Source: Bdellovibrionales bacterium (GTDB lineage Bacteria; Bdellovibrionota; Bdellovibrionia; Bdellovibrionales; JAMPXM01). From it: a stretch of DNA of 17,070 nucleotides. The translations under genes and the position numbers were made by a program. The DNA is taken from contig JAYUEN010000167.1 of NCBI GenBank assembly GCA_043739185.1, positions 1 through 17,070 of the forward strand, written 5' to 3'. Numbering within the stretch: position 1 is the first letter of the stretch; the number at the start of each line of letters is the position of its first letter. The notes beneath the pieces are model-generated. The model saw nothing but the letters and a program-made list of their open reading frames with translations, was not told the origin of the DNA and ran no database searches. Of the stretch, positions 8,112-17,070 are shown piece by piece.

Positions 8112-8578
8112 GTAAATTGCTCGATTTGAAAATTTCAAAAATGCCAAGATCGCGGGTACCGAAACTTCCGGCCTTTTGGCAAAATCTTTTGATCGAAAAC
8201 GGCAGTTATAAGTTGGTGGCTTTGTTTGTGACTTTGATTTTGTGGGTGACGATTTTGGGGCGCAGAGATTTTATGCTTTCTAAAGATATCGATGTTGATT
8301 TTCTTTTGCCAAAAAATTTAATCATTGCTGAGAATATTGATCGCAGGGTAAGTGTCAAAGTGAGTGGCCCAAGAATCGCGATCAAAAAGTTTGCGCAAAA
8401 CCCAGGAACCATCACTTTGGATCTCGCTCGAACTCATGTTGGGAATAACCGGATTGTGATCACATCGAAAAATATTGAGGTTCCATTCGGAGTAAAAGTG
8501 GTTTCGGTAACCCCAGATATAATCAATGTGTCTTTGGTTCGGGTGGGCGCCAGTGCCGATTTGAAGGAGCAACAATGA
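8108..8578 (+). CDS. YbbR-domain protein (CdaR-like), apparently single domain
   Basis: YKLVALFVTLILW TM helix, VSVKVSGPR, VPFGVKVVSVTPDII; between cdaA and glmM with ATGA overlaps. Confidence 0.85.
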   Translation: MSKLLDLKISKMPRSRVPKLPAFWQNLLIENGSYKLVALFVTLILWVTILGRRDFMLSKDIDVDFLLPKNLIIAENIDRRVSVKVSGPRIAIKKFAQNPGTITLDLARTHVGNNRIVITSKNIEVPFGVKVVSVTPDIINVSLVRVGASADLKEQQ

Positions 8579-9966
8579 GTAGTACAACCCGCAAGATCGG
8601 TAAAACTAAAACCCGCTTATTCGGAACAGATGGTGTGCGTGGGACTGCTAATCAATTTCCGATGACTCCTGAGATCATCTTAAAAATTGGCCAGGCCATG
8701 GGGCATTTGCTGCAAAAAACTCCGCTTCATAATAAAGTTCCGAAAGTGGTGATAGGAAAAGACACTCGGCTTTCAGGTTATATGGTTGAGCAGGCACTTA
8801 CGAGCGGACTCAATTCAATGGGTGTACATGTTCAATTGGTAGGTCCTCTTCCAACCCCAGGAATTGGGTTTTTAACTCGTAATATGCGCGCAGATGCGGG
8901 CGTGGTGATATCTGCTTCTCACAATGCCTATATGGATAACGGCATTAAAATTTTTGGTCCAGATGGATATAAAATCTCAGACAGCATGGAGCGAGAAATT
9001 GAAAGACTCGTACTTGAAGTTGATCTGAATGAGCTCTTACCGCATTCTTCTGAAATTGGTCGTAGCAAACGCATTGACGATTCCGAAGGTCGTTATGTGG
9101 TGTATGCTAAAAATGCTTTTCCGCTCGAATACACACTTGACGGAATTCGCGTAGTTTTAGACTGCGCCAATGGTGCCGCTTACAAGGTGGCCCCTGCAAT
9201 TTTTGGTGAGCTTGGCGCTGAAACTATTGTACTAGGAAATCAGCCCAATGGACTCAATATCAATGATAAGTCTGGCGCACTTTATCCCGTTAAAGTTAGC
9301 GAAGCGGTTGTGCAATACCGCGCGGACATCGGAATCAGTCTTGATGGCGATGCCGACCGTGTTGTTTTGGTTGATGAAAAGGGTCATATCGTAAACGGCG
9401 ATCACATCTTGGCCATTTGTGCGAAAGACTTGATGTCGAGAAATGCGCTTAAGAATAATACGATCGTAGCCACGCAAATGAGTAACTTTGGCCTAGATAA
9501 AGTTATGAAGAAAATTGGCGTAAGAGTTTTGCGAACCGACGTCGGTGATAAGTACGTTGTCGATGAAATGCGAAAAAACTCTTATGTCCTGGGCGGAGAA
9601 CAATCCGGACATATTATTTTTATGGATTATTCGACCACAGGAGACGGTTGTATCGCGGCCTTGAATGTTTTGGCCGTGATGAGAAGAACTGGCAAAAAAC
9701 TCTCAGAGCTCAACGAAGAAATGGAAGACGTTCCTCAAGTTTTGGTCAATACGCGGGTGCATCGCAGAGAAGATTTATCTCAGATCCCGGGCTATACGGA
9801 GCTTTATAAAAGCATCGTGAAGCAGCTCGATGGTGAGGGCAGAATTTTTGTGCGTTTTTCGGGTACGGAGCCTCTCATTCGCGTATTAGTTGAAGGGCCG
9901 GATCGAAATAAAATTGGCAGATTTGCTGAAGAGATTGCGACTTTTTTAGAGAAAAAACTTTCATAA
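8575..9966 (+). CDS. glmM: Phosphoglucosamine mutase
   Basis: LFGTDGVRG, GKDTRLSG, ISASHN, DGDADR, GGEQSGH, RFSGTEP. Confidence 0.97.
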   Translation: MSSTTRKIGKTKTRLFGTDGVRGTANQFPMTPEIILKIGQAMGHLLQKTPLHNKVPKVVIGKDTRLSGYMVEQALTSGLNSMGVHVQLVGPLPTPGIGFLTRNMRADAGVVISASHNAYMDNGIKIFGPDGYKISDSMEREIERLVLEVDLNELLPHSSEIGRSKRIDDSEGRYVVYAKNAFPLEYTLDGIRVVLDCANGAAYKVAPAIFGELGAETIVLGNQPNGLNINDKSGALYPVKVSEAVVQYRADIGISLDGDADRVVLVDEKGHIVNGDHILAICAKDLMSRNALKNNTIVATQMSNFGLDKVMKKIGVRVLRTDVGDKYVVDEMRKNSYVLGGEQSGHIIFMDYSTTGDGCIAALNVLAVMRRTGKKLSELNEEMEDVPQVLVNTRVHRREDLSQIPGYTELYKSIVKQLDGEGRIFVRFSGTEPLIRVLVEGPDRNKIGRFAEEIATFLEKKLS

Positions 9967-9975
9967 GGGCCATTC

Positions 9976-11490
9976 ATGAGACTGGCGAGTCGCGAACAAA
10001 GTAAAAAAATAGATGAACTTTCGCAAAAAGATTTTCATTTGCCTTCTGAGGTATTAATGGAGGCTGCAGGTGTGAGTGCCGCACGAGAAATCGAGCAAGC
10101 ATTCTTTCCTGAAATGAATCGTGGTCGAGTTTCAATTGTTTGTGGTCCTGGTAATAATGGCGGCGATGGCTTAGTCATTGCCAGACATTTGCATTCAGCT
10201 GGTTACCGAGATTTAGCGGTTTTCTTACTCGCATCAAAGAAGAGTCAGACCGATCTTTTTAAAGAACAGCTGACTCGATTGCAGCTGCAGGGAATAATTG
10301 CGACCGATGCTTTTGAAGAGCCTCAGGCACTTGAGAAAATTAAGAGCTCTCACTTGGTGATTGATGCGCTTTTTGGCATTGGTTTAAATCAAACTGTAAG
10401 TGCTGAATTTGCGCAAGCCATTCAAACCATGAATCAAGCCAAGGTTCCGGTGGTGAGTTTAGATACTCCATCGGGTTTGGATTGTGATACCGGAATGGTT
10501 TTGGGTGTTGCGGTAAAAGCCTCTATGACTTTGAGCTTTGGCTTAGCAAAGCCTGGCTTTTTCATTTCTGAAGGGCCTTCGCATGTGGGACGCCTTCGTA
10601 TTTTGCCAATCGGATTTCCCTATGAACTCTTGAGAAAAATTGCCACGACCCGCTTTGGTTTTACCGACAAGATTGCAAAACGCTATCTACCGCAAAGATC
10701 AGATCAGAGTAATAAATCCAATCATGGCCATGCTTTGATACTTGCGGGGAGTGACGGCTTTTGGGGTTCTGCGATCTTAAGTTCAACTAGTGCCTTTCGA
10801 ATTGGAGCGGGCTATGTCAGCTTGGCGAGTTTCGATGATGCCTCAAAGGTAGTGAATGAAAGTCCTGAAGTTTTAGTGCTTAAAAATTTTCATAATCGCA
10901 TTTTAGACAATGAAAAAATCACCGCCGTGGGTATTGGTCCTGGTTTGGGAGTTTCAGAAAAAACCGCCGCTCTTATTGAGCAACTCATCTTAAGAAAATT
11001 TCATAATGTCGTCGTAGATGCAGATGCCATATCAACTTGCGTGAAATTTAAATTGTTTCCTCTGCCTAAGAATTGGGTCTTAACACCTCATGCCGGCGAA
11101 CTTGCGCGGATTTTGGGAATTAGATCCGAACAAATTGAGCAGGATCGAATTCAAGCCGCTGAAAACGCAGCACGCTTAGTTGGGTGTCATGTATTACTAA
11201 AGGGCTTTCGCAGTGTTTTGGCAGATGATAAGCGCTCGCTCATTATTTTATCTGGTAATTCAGCACTTGCAAAGGCGGGAACAGGTGATGTCTTAACCGG
11301 AATGATAACGGGTTTGCTGGCGCAGAATATTCCGGTGGTGCAGGCGACAGCAACTGCGGCTTATCTGCATGGCAGGCTTGCTGATGAATGGGTGAAATTG
11401 GGAGGAGACAAACGAAGTCTTCTTGCAAGTGATATTCGAGATCAATTGCCAGGTTTGATGTCACGACTCATGAGCGGAGCTCTGGCTTAA
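9976..11490 (+). CDS. nnr: Bifunctional NAD(P)H-hydrate epimerase/dehydratase (NnrE-NnrD fusion)
   Basis: LMEAAG, CGPGNNGGDG, DALFGIG, DTPSG; then GIGPGLG, VVDADA, LTPHAGE, AGTGDVLTG. Confidence 0.95.
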   Translation: MRLASREQSKKIDELSQKDFHLPSEVLMEAAGVSAAREIEQAFFPEMNRGRVSIVCGPGNNGGDGLVIARHLHSAGYRDLAVFLLASKKSQTDLFKEQLTRLQLQGIIATDAFEEPQALEKIKSSHLVIDALFGIGLNQTVSAEFAQAIQTMNQAKVPVVSLDTPSGLDCDTGMVLGVAVKASMTLSFGLAKPGFFISEGPSHVGRLRILPIGFPYELLRKIATTRFGFTDKIAKRYLPQRSDQSNKSNHGHALILAGSDGFWGSAILSSTSAFRIGAGYVSLASFDDASKVVNESPEVLVLKNFHNRILDNEKITAVGIGPGLGVSEKTAALIEQLILRKFHNVVVDADAISTCVKFKLFPLPKNWVLTPHAGELARILGIRSEQIEQDRIQAAENAARLVGCHVLLKGFRSVLADDKRSLIILSGNSALAKAGTGDVLTGMITGLLAQNIPVVQATATAAYLHGRLADEWVKLGGDKRSLLASDIRDQLPGLMSRLMSGALA

Positions 11491-11921
11491 TGATTCAGGT
11501 TCAAACCCATTCGATCAAAGAACTCAGTCGCTTTGTTCAAGACCAAATCTCAAGTCTCGCGGTTTCAGGTCAAATTCTTTTACTAAATGGTGAAATGGGT
11601 AGTGGCAAAACTGAATTCGTTAAGCAATTGGTGCAGCTTTTGGGCGGCGATATTGCAAGTTCGCCTTCTTTTGCTATCCAAAACACTTATCTCACTCCAA
11701 AGATTCGGATTGAACATTTAGATCTTTATCGTCTCGAAAGTGAAGACGAATTACAGTCCGTTGGCTTTTGGGATCTTTTTGAAAATACCGAATCCCTCAT
11801 CATCATCGAATGGGCGAATAAGATCGACATCAAGAGACTGCCCCTTAACTGGAAGAAAAAAAACCTCAGTTTTAAAATCGTGAGCGAGAATGTTCGAAGT
11901 TTATGCTTACGCGGCTTTTAG
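11490..11921 (+). CDS. tsaE: t6A biosynthesis ATPase TsaE
   Basis: GEMGSGKT Walker A, SSPSF, HLDLYRL, IIEWA; TAATG coupling to nnr. Confidence 0.93.
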   Translation: MIQVQTHSIKELSRFVQDQISSLAVSGQILLLNGEMGSGKTEFVKQLVQLLGGDIASSPSFAIQNTYLTPKIRIEHLDLYRLESEDELQSVGFWDLFENTESLIIIEWANKIDIKRLPLNWKKKNLSFKIVSENVRSLCLRGF

Positions 11922-13577
11922 AGTTTTGTAGAATGCGGGCACACAGGAGTCGGCGAGCGAATCCATGTCGGCGAGTGAGGTTTTAAGGTCAATAGATTTA
12001 TTACTAGCTCCCAGCCACATCGCCACTAAATCTTTTTCAACAAAGACCGGAAAAATGGTGACGTGCTTAGGAATTTCACCCGAATTCCATTCATTGAAAA
12101 ACTTTGAATTGATGGGATTGGCAACCACATATCCATGATATGGTTTTTCAGAGGCATTTACGATTTTAAATATAGATGCTTGTTGAAGAGGAATAATACT
12201 GGGCTTTTGCTCATCTGCAATTTTGAAATCGCCGGCCCATGAAAGCGGGACGAGTCCTTGTTCTTCATTGCGAAACAACATCGACATTTCAAAATGGCTA
12301 CGCATTTTTGAAAACATTAAATTTGAAATTTCATCATAGCCACTGCATTCTTCAAAACTCGCTTTGACGTCTTTCATATTGCGTTTTAAATCGGTTTTTC
12401 CGAGAGGACCCTTCATTTGTGTGACCACTTTGGCGGGATCAGTGACATCTACTTTTGCAGCATCTGGTGCTTGCGGTTTTAATGGTACCGCGAGGGGAGT
12501 TGGTGTTGAAATCGACTTTGGTGGTGGCCCAATGGGTTTGACTTGAATAGGAGGGCCCACAGGTTTTGCCTGTTGAATTGGGGGTGCCGGTTGCTGAATT
12601 ACTTTTAGACTGGGTTCTTTGTTTTTCATTTGGGGCGCAAGCGGTGCGACCGAAGGCTTTTTTTCCTCAATAGTTTTTTGTTTAATAGGCTCTTTTGGTA
12701 AAGGCACGGGAGTTGCCCGAACTGGTGGCGGTGGTGGTGGCGGAAGCGCATGTTCCGTGGCATGAAGAGCTGGCGATTGTGGTGCGGCGATATCTATTTT
12801 AATATCACTCTCTGAAATTTCAATCGGAGGCTCATCATGATTATCTTTTTGAATCGGCGTTTCAACTTTTGGAGGAGCGAAGTTGAATTTCGGCTCCGTG
12901 CCGCCTTTATTGAAATCAAAATTCACTTCAAAGCCACTGGGGACTTCAGCGCCTGCTTTATCATCCACAGCGGCGATGCGTGATTTGGTGGAGGTGACTA
13001 CTTCATCACCACTAGCTCCAAATTCGATGGGCTTGAAATTTGAATCCATTTTTAATTCGAAACGCGTATTGGTATTTTCTGTAAAGGGCTGAGATTGCGG
13101 TGGTGGCGGCTGAGCCGAAGTAGGGGCTTGAGTTTTTTCAGGGGTCAAATTTTCACTGACTTTACTTTGCTTAGGATGAAGTTTTGCCCAGGTCTTTCTT
13201 AAATCCAGGGGAGAGGCTAAAACTAAAATTGGTGCTTCAGAAAATTCGAGTCTGGGATCTTCAGGAGGGTAAACGCAGGCCACCATCAGACGACTTTCCC
13301 ATACGCTCACGGGCAAGAGGCCGGGATTCCAAATTTTTAGTTTTTGAAACTTTTGCCAAACTGGTTCGATATCAATTTTTAGGAAAAATTGAGCGTCCAA
13401 AGTGGGTAATAAAAAGAGTTGCGAAGCCCAAGTATTATAGGCTTCTAGTTCGATTTGCCCGATTTCAATGAGTCGACAAAGTATCTCAAAGCGCTTCTCC
13501 GGACTTAGCCTAGCCACTTCGAGTTGCTTTTCTGGGTCGATAAATTTTTCAATCCAAGCGAGACTTTGTTTCATCAC
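11907..13577 (-). CDS. Hypothetical protein: GspE/PilB-N-like N-terminal domain, long Pro-rich linker, GAF-like C-terminal domain
   Basis: 556-aa ORF; LLPVSVWESRLMVACVYPPED resembles T2SSE_N; poly-Pro linker; PYHGYVV...HVTIFPVFVEKDLVAMWLG resembles a GAF C-terminus. Domain calls are by eye. Overlaps the tsaE 3' end by 15 nt. Confidence 0.75.
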   Translation of the reverse strand: MMKQSLAWIEKFIDPEKQLEVARLSPEKRFEILCRLIEIGQIELEAYNTWASQLFLLPTLDAQFFLKIDIEPVWQKFQKLKIWNPGLLPVSVWESRLMVACVYPPEDPRLEFSEAPILVLASPLDLRKTWAKLHPKQSKVSENLTPEKTQAPTSAQPPPPQSQPFTENTNTRFELKMDSNFKPIEFGASGDEVVTSTKSRIAAVDDKAGAEVPSGFEVNFDFNKGGTEPKFNFAPPKVETPIQKDNHDEPPIEISESDIKIDIAAPQSPALHATEHALPPPPPPPVRATPVPLPKEPIKQKTIEEKKPSVAPLAPQMKNKEPSLKVIQQPAPPIQQAKPVGPPIQVKPIGPPPKSISTPTPLAVPLKPQAPDAAKVDVTDPAKVVTQMKGPLGKTDLKRNMKDVKASFEECSGYDEISNLMFSKMRSHFEMSMLFRNEEQGLVPLSWAGDFKIADEQKPSIIPLQQASIFKIVNASEKPYHGYVVANPINSKFFNEWNSGEIPKHVTIFPVFVEKDLVAMWLGASNKSIDLKTSLADMDSLADSCVPAFYKTLKAA

Positions 13578-13582
13578 CTCAT

Positions 13583-13609
13583 TTATCGGTTAATCTTCAT
13601 TGTTTCTGA
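13583..13609 (-). promoter_or_regulatory. Candidate FliA/sigma28 promoter
   Basis: Minus strand TCAG, 15 nt, ACCGATAA; ends 5 nt before the GTG at 13577. Confidence 0.55.
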
Positions 13610-13823
13610 ATCTATATCATAACGTGATGGCAAAATTTGAAAGGCATCTGATTTAAAGCGGGAAAAGTACCGCAACTGCCTGTTATTCTTTATAAATGCC
13701 TTCACCGCGCACGCTTTGTATTTGGGCGCTCGATGCAATGAGATTTTCATAGCTTTATTCTGCTATCAACTAGGCTAAAATTTAATGGATTTAAAGACAA
13801 AGCTTTTGATTCAAGACCTCTGA

Positions 13824-13849
13824 ATAACTTGGGAGTTTGCCCATATTAT
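13824..13849. promoter_or_regulatory. Imperfect palindrome, candidate operator
   Basis: ATAA-CT-TGGG-N6-CCCA-TA-TTAT, ending 17 nt before the desulfurase ATG. Confidence 0.35.
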
Positions 13850-13866
13850 GATAAGACTTTGTCCCT

Positions 13867-15102
13867 ATGCGTTCAATCCAAAAGTTCAACACAATTAAGC
13901 CAAAAATAGCGAATTTCTCGTATTTGGATTTCAACGCCACTACACCTCCTGCTGAATTTTTGAAGACAAAAGTCGAGGATTGGTTGAGTCTTTGGGGTAA
14001 TCCCAGTTCGATACATCAAGCCGGCCGGGGACCAAAAACTTTACTGCGTGAATCGCGCAGCCGAATTGCGAAATTTATTGGAGCCGAGAGTTTAGAAGTA
14101 GTTTTCACTTCAGGTGGAGCCGAAGCCAATAACCTCGCTATCAAGGGTGTTTTCGAATATGCCCAAAGTCATCAAAGTCCGCGCAACGAAATCATAATCA
14201 GTAGTGTTGAACATCCGAGCTTAACGAAAGCCGCTTTATCGCTTGTCAATCGTGGTGCTAAGATTCACGTCCTCAATGTCTCCCGAGATGGTCAAATTGA
14301 TTTGACACAATTTAAAAATATTTTGTCTGAAAAAACTCTCTTGGTTTCAGTGATGCTTGCCAACAACGAAACCGGAAGTATTTTTCCGGTGGCCGAAATG
14401 GCCAAACTAAGCCATCAATACGGCGCTTTATTTCATTCAGACTGCGTTCAAGCTCTCGGTAAGATTGAGCTGAATATAAAAGAATTGGGCGTAGATCTCG
14501 CGAGTTTTGCAGGCCATAAGTTTTATGCTTTAAAAGGCGCGGGGCTTTTGTATTCTGCGCGCGGAACAAATTTACAAACGCAAATTTACGGAGGCGGCCA
14601 AGAGCGTTCTCGTCGTGGGGGCACTGAAAATTTGCTGGCAATTGCATCTCTAGCTGAAATGACCGCATTTAAAGAAGATATTGTTCCTCAGGCGATGCGT
14701 ATTGAAGCTATGAGAAATTTTCTAGAAGGTGAAATCTTAAAACAAATTTCTGGTGTTCAAGTGACTGCGCAAAAGAATCTGAGACTGCCAAATACCTCAA
14801 GTCTCGTGATTGACGGAGTCGACGGCGAAACTATGCTGATGAATCTCGATATGCGAGGATTTGCCGCGAGCACGGGGGCTGCGTGTAGCTCGGGTTCGCC
14901 TGAACCATCACCGGCTCTACTGGCGATGGGGCTTACGCGAAGTGAGGCGCAGTCTTCTTTGCGAATTGGCCTTGGTTGGAGCACCGAAGAATCTGAAGTA
15001 ATTAATTTTATTTCGACACTCGTTAAGGTGGTTCGTCATCTTCGCGATATTAAAAATCTCAAATCAAGAGTGTATACGAAAGCTGAGGATCTTTGTGTCT
15101 GA
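13867..15102 (+). CDS. iscS: Class I cysteine desulfurase (IscS/NifS-like)
   Basis: YLDFNATTP, GNPSSIH, EHPS, PLP lysine in AGHKFY, catalytic Cys in STGAACSSG. Family is secure; orthology to IscS is less so. Confidence 0.9.
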   Translation: MRSIQKFNTIKPKIANFSYLDFNATTPPAEFLKTKVEDWLSLWGNPSSIHQAGRGPKTLLRESRSRIAKFIGAESLEVVFTSGGAEANNLAIKGVFEYAQSHQSPRNEIIISSVEHPSLTKAALSLVNRGAKIHVLNVSRDGQIDLTQFKNILSEKTLLVSVMLANNETGSIFPVAEMAKLSHQYGALFHSDCVQALGKIELNIKELGVDLASFAGHKFYALKGAGLLYSARGTNLQTQIYGGGQERSRRGGTENLLAIASLAEMTAFKEDIVPQAMRIEAMRNFLEGEILKQISGVQVTAQKNLRLPNTSSLVIDGVDGETMLMNLDMRGFAASTGAACSSGSPEPSPALLAMGLTRSEAQSSLRIGLGWSTEESEVINFISTLVKVVRHLRDIKNLKSRVYTKAEDLCV

Positions 15103-16210
15103 AATTAAATTGAAAGCTCGAGTATTAGTAGCCATGTCAGGTGGCGTCGATAGCTCGGTGGCCGCAGCTTTGTTAGTCGAGCAAGGATACGAAGTTGTCG
15201 GGGTTACCATGCAGGTATGGGATTATTCTTCGTGCGATATCGAAGAAGGCAACGGAACCTGCTGTTCAAGTGTCGACGTAGACGACGCCCGAAGTGTCGC
15301 CGATAAATTGGGTATTCCGTTTTATGTTATTAACTGCGAAGCAAAATTCAAAGCCTCAGTCATTGATCCCTTTATCGCCAGTTATTTGCAGGGGCAGACA
15401 CCACTACCATGTGTAGATTGCAATACCTATTTGAAGTTTGATCACTTAATCGAAAAAATGCTCGAGCTTGATTGTGATTATTTGGCAACTGGTCACTACG
15501 CCAAGATCGAAACCACTCCTTCTGGACGTTCGGTGATTGCAACCAGTACCGACGATTGGAAAGACCAAACTTATTTTTTATTTACCATCGATCCGCAGAT
15601 TGTCAGTCGTTTGATGTTCCCGATAGGGCATCTGAAAAAACCCGAAGTCCGAATGATAGCTGAGCAAAAAAACTTAATCAATGCGCGTAAAAAAGACTCC
15701 ACCGGAATTTGTTTCGTCGGAAATCGTGGCTATGATAATTTCATTGAAGAACATGTTTCACAAAGCATTTTGAATACCAAAAAAGGCAATGTGGTTTTGT
15801 ACCCCTCGGGAGAAGTTTTAAATGCCCATCAAGGAATCCATCACTTTACCTATGGCCAAAGAAAAGGCTTGGGGATCGGGGATCGCGGCGATTTGCAAGG
15901 TAGTTCCGCCGAGCCACTTTTTGTTTTAAAAATTGATGCCGAAACCAATACGGTTTGGGTGGGGCCTGAAAAATATCTTTTCAGTCAAAAGGTGACTTTG
16001 AAAAGGCCTCATTGGCTTGATGATGTAAAAGATGGCGAGCGTTTGCGAATAAAAATTCGCTTTCAGCATCGGGGTTCTTTTGGGCGAATTCAAAAGTTAG
16101 GTGAAGATGTTATAGTTGATTTTGAAGAACCGGTTCGAGCGGTGACTCCAGGACAAGCCGCGGTTATGTACCGCGACTCGCAACTTGTCGGTGGAGCTTG
16201 GATTGTCTGA
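15095..16210 (+). CDS. mnmA: tRNA 2-thiouridine(34) synthase
   Basis: AMSGGVDSS, PCVDCN, ATGHYA, KDQTYFL, DSTGICF, TYGQRKGLG, TPGQAAV; GTG start after GAGG. Confidence 0.97.
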   Translation: MSEIKLKARVLVAMSGGVDSSVAAALLVEQGYEVVGVTMQVWDYSSCDIEEGNGTCCSSVDVDDARSVADKLGIPFYVINCEAKFKASVIDPFIASYLQGQTPLPCVDCNTYLKFDHLIEKMLELDCDYLATGHYAKIETTPSGRSVIATSTDDWKDQTYFLFTIDPQIVSRLMFPIGHLKKPEVRMIAEQKNLINARKKDSTGICFVGNRGYDNFIEEHVSQSILNTKKGNVVLYPSGEVLNAHQGIHHFTYGQRKGLGIGDRGDLQGSSAEPLFVLKIDAETNTVWVGPEKYLFSQKVTLKRPHWLDDVKDGERLRIKIRFQHRGSFGRIQKLGEDVIVDFEEPVRAVTPGQAAVMYRDSQLVGGAWIV

Positions 16211-17070
16211 ACTCGAGTTTCACACTTTTGGATGCAAGGTGAATACCTATGATACAGGCCTTTTAGAAAAGCGTCTTTCTGGTTTTCATAGTTCTGAGCC
16301 ATCAATAAAGAGAAAAATTCATATTATAAATAGTTGCGCGGTCACCGCTGAAGCCACCAGTGAGGCACTGAGAAGGGCGCGACTGCTCAAGCGAAACGAA
16401 CCAGAAGCTCTGGTTGTACTCACGGGCTGCTCGGCTCAAGTAGATGCAAAAATTGTCGATGGCGCCCGTGAAGTCGATTTGATTGTAGCCAATTCACATA
16501 AAACCGAAATTCAAGAAATCATAAAAGATTTTTTGAAAAGTGATGAGACAAAGCCGAAAGTTTATAGATCAAATATATTTCGCAAAGAAGATCTCGAACC
16601 AGGCGGAGGCATTGAAAATCTACATACTCGCAGTTTTTTGAAGGTTCAAGATGGATGCAATAGTTTTTGTAGCTTTTGTGTGATTCCTTATGCGCGGGGA
16701 AAGTCTAGAAGTCTAAGCGTGCGAGACATTATAAAGCGCATAACGGAATTGCTTAATGCAGGAGTAAGAGAAATTGTTCTAACCGGAATTCATATTGGTG
16801 ACTATTTTGATGACGAGGTGGGGGCCGACTTTACCGAGCTGGTCAGAAGAGTTTTGGGCGAGACCGCTGTTCCGAGGCTTCGCTTAAGTAGTTTCGAGCC
16901 TATTGAAGTCTCTGTTGACCTACTCAAACTCTTTAGTGACGAACGCCTTTGCCCACACTTTCATATGAGCATTCAATCGGCTTCGACCAAAGTTTTATCT
17001 GATATGAAACGTAAATATTCTGCTGAACAAGTGCGAGCAAGCCTAGAGCAAATTAAGGCCTATGTACCCC
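16203..17070 (+). CDS. mtaB: tRNA t6A37 methylthiotransferase MtaB (3' partial; absent from ORF track)
   Basis: TTG start 6 nt after GGAG (16193-16196); HTFGCKVNTYD, INSCAVT, LTGCSAQ, radical SAM FLKVQDGCNSFCSFCVIPYARG, CPHFHMSIQS; runs off the window. Confidence 0.92.
   Translation, partial: MSELEFHTFGCKVNTYDTGLLEKRLSGFHSSEPSIKRKIHIINSCAVTAEATSEALRRARLLKRNEPEALVVLTGCSAQVDAKIVDGAREVDLIVANSHKTEIQEIIKDFLKSDETKPKVYRSNIFRKEDLEPGGGIENLHTRSFLKVQDGCNSFCSFCVIPYARGKSRSLSVRDIIKRITELLNAGVREIVLTGIHIGDYFDDEVGADFTELVRRVLGETAVPRLRLSSFEPIEVSVDLLKLFSDERLCPHFHMSIQSASTKVLSDMKRKYSAEQVRASLEQIKAYVP

Noticed and set aside
8905..8945. GlmM active-site loop SASHNA instead of SASHNP
   Set aside because: Catalytic Ser and all other motifs are intact; a single substitution does not imply altered function.
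12720..12745. GGT/GGC triplet run as a DNA repeat
   Set aside because: Explained by the poly-proline tract of the minus-strand protein.
573..16305. Numerous short antisense or alternate-frame ORFs (e.g. 700-1035, 1571-1909, 5877-6164, 14312-14668)
   Set aside because: Shadows of well-supported genes, with no motifs.

Overview
A gene-dense bacterial chromosomal window, mostly housekeeping. Gene order and the types of hypothetical proteins suggest Bdellovibrionota or a related deltaproteobacterial-type lineage (inference). Order: glpX (5' partial), Cys-rich hypothetical, SRPBCC protein, small helical hypothetical, a minus-strand Y1/HUH (RAYT-like) transposase, a minus-strand secreted hypothetical, then tilS-ftsH-cdaA-ybbR(cdaR)-glmM-nnr-tsaE, a convergent Pro-rich multidomain hypothetical, and cysteine desulfurase-mnmA-mtaB (3' partial). 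The least explained part is 1965-3025: a stand-alone HUH transposase with a strong near-leaderless sigma70-type promoter and, upstream of it, two unannotated imperfect inverted repeats (16-bp and 60-bp arms). Intergenic regions also hold a near-consensus sigma54 promoter with an upstream palindrome, two FliA/sigma28-like promoters and a candidate operator before the desulfurase. No rRNA, tRNA or CRISPR array was seen.
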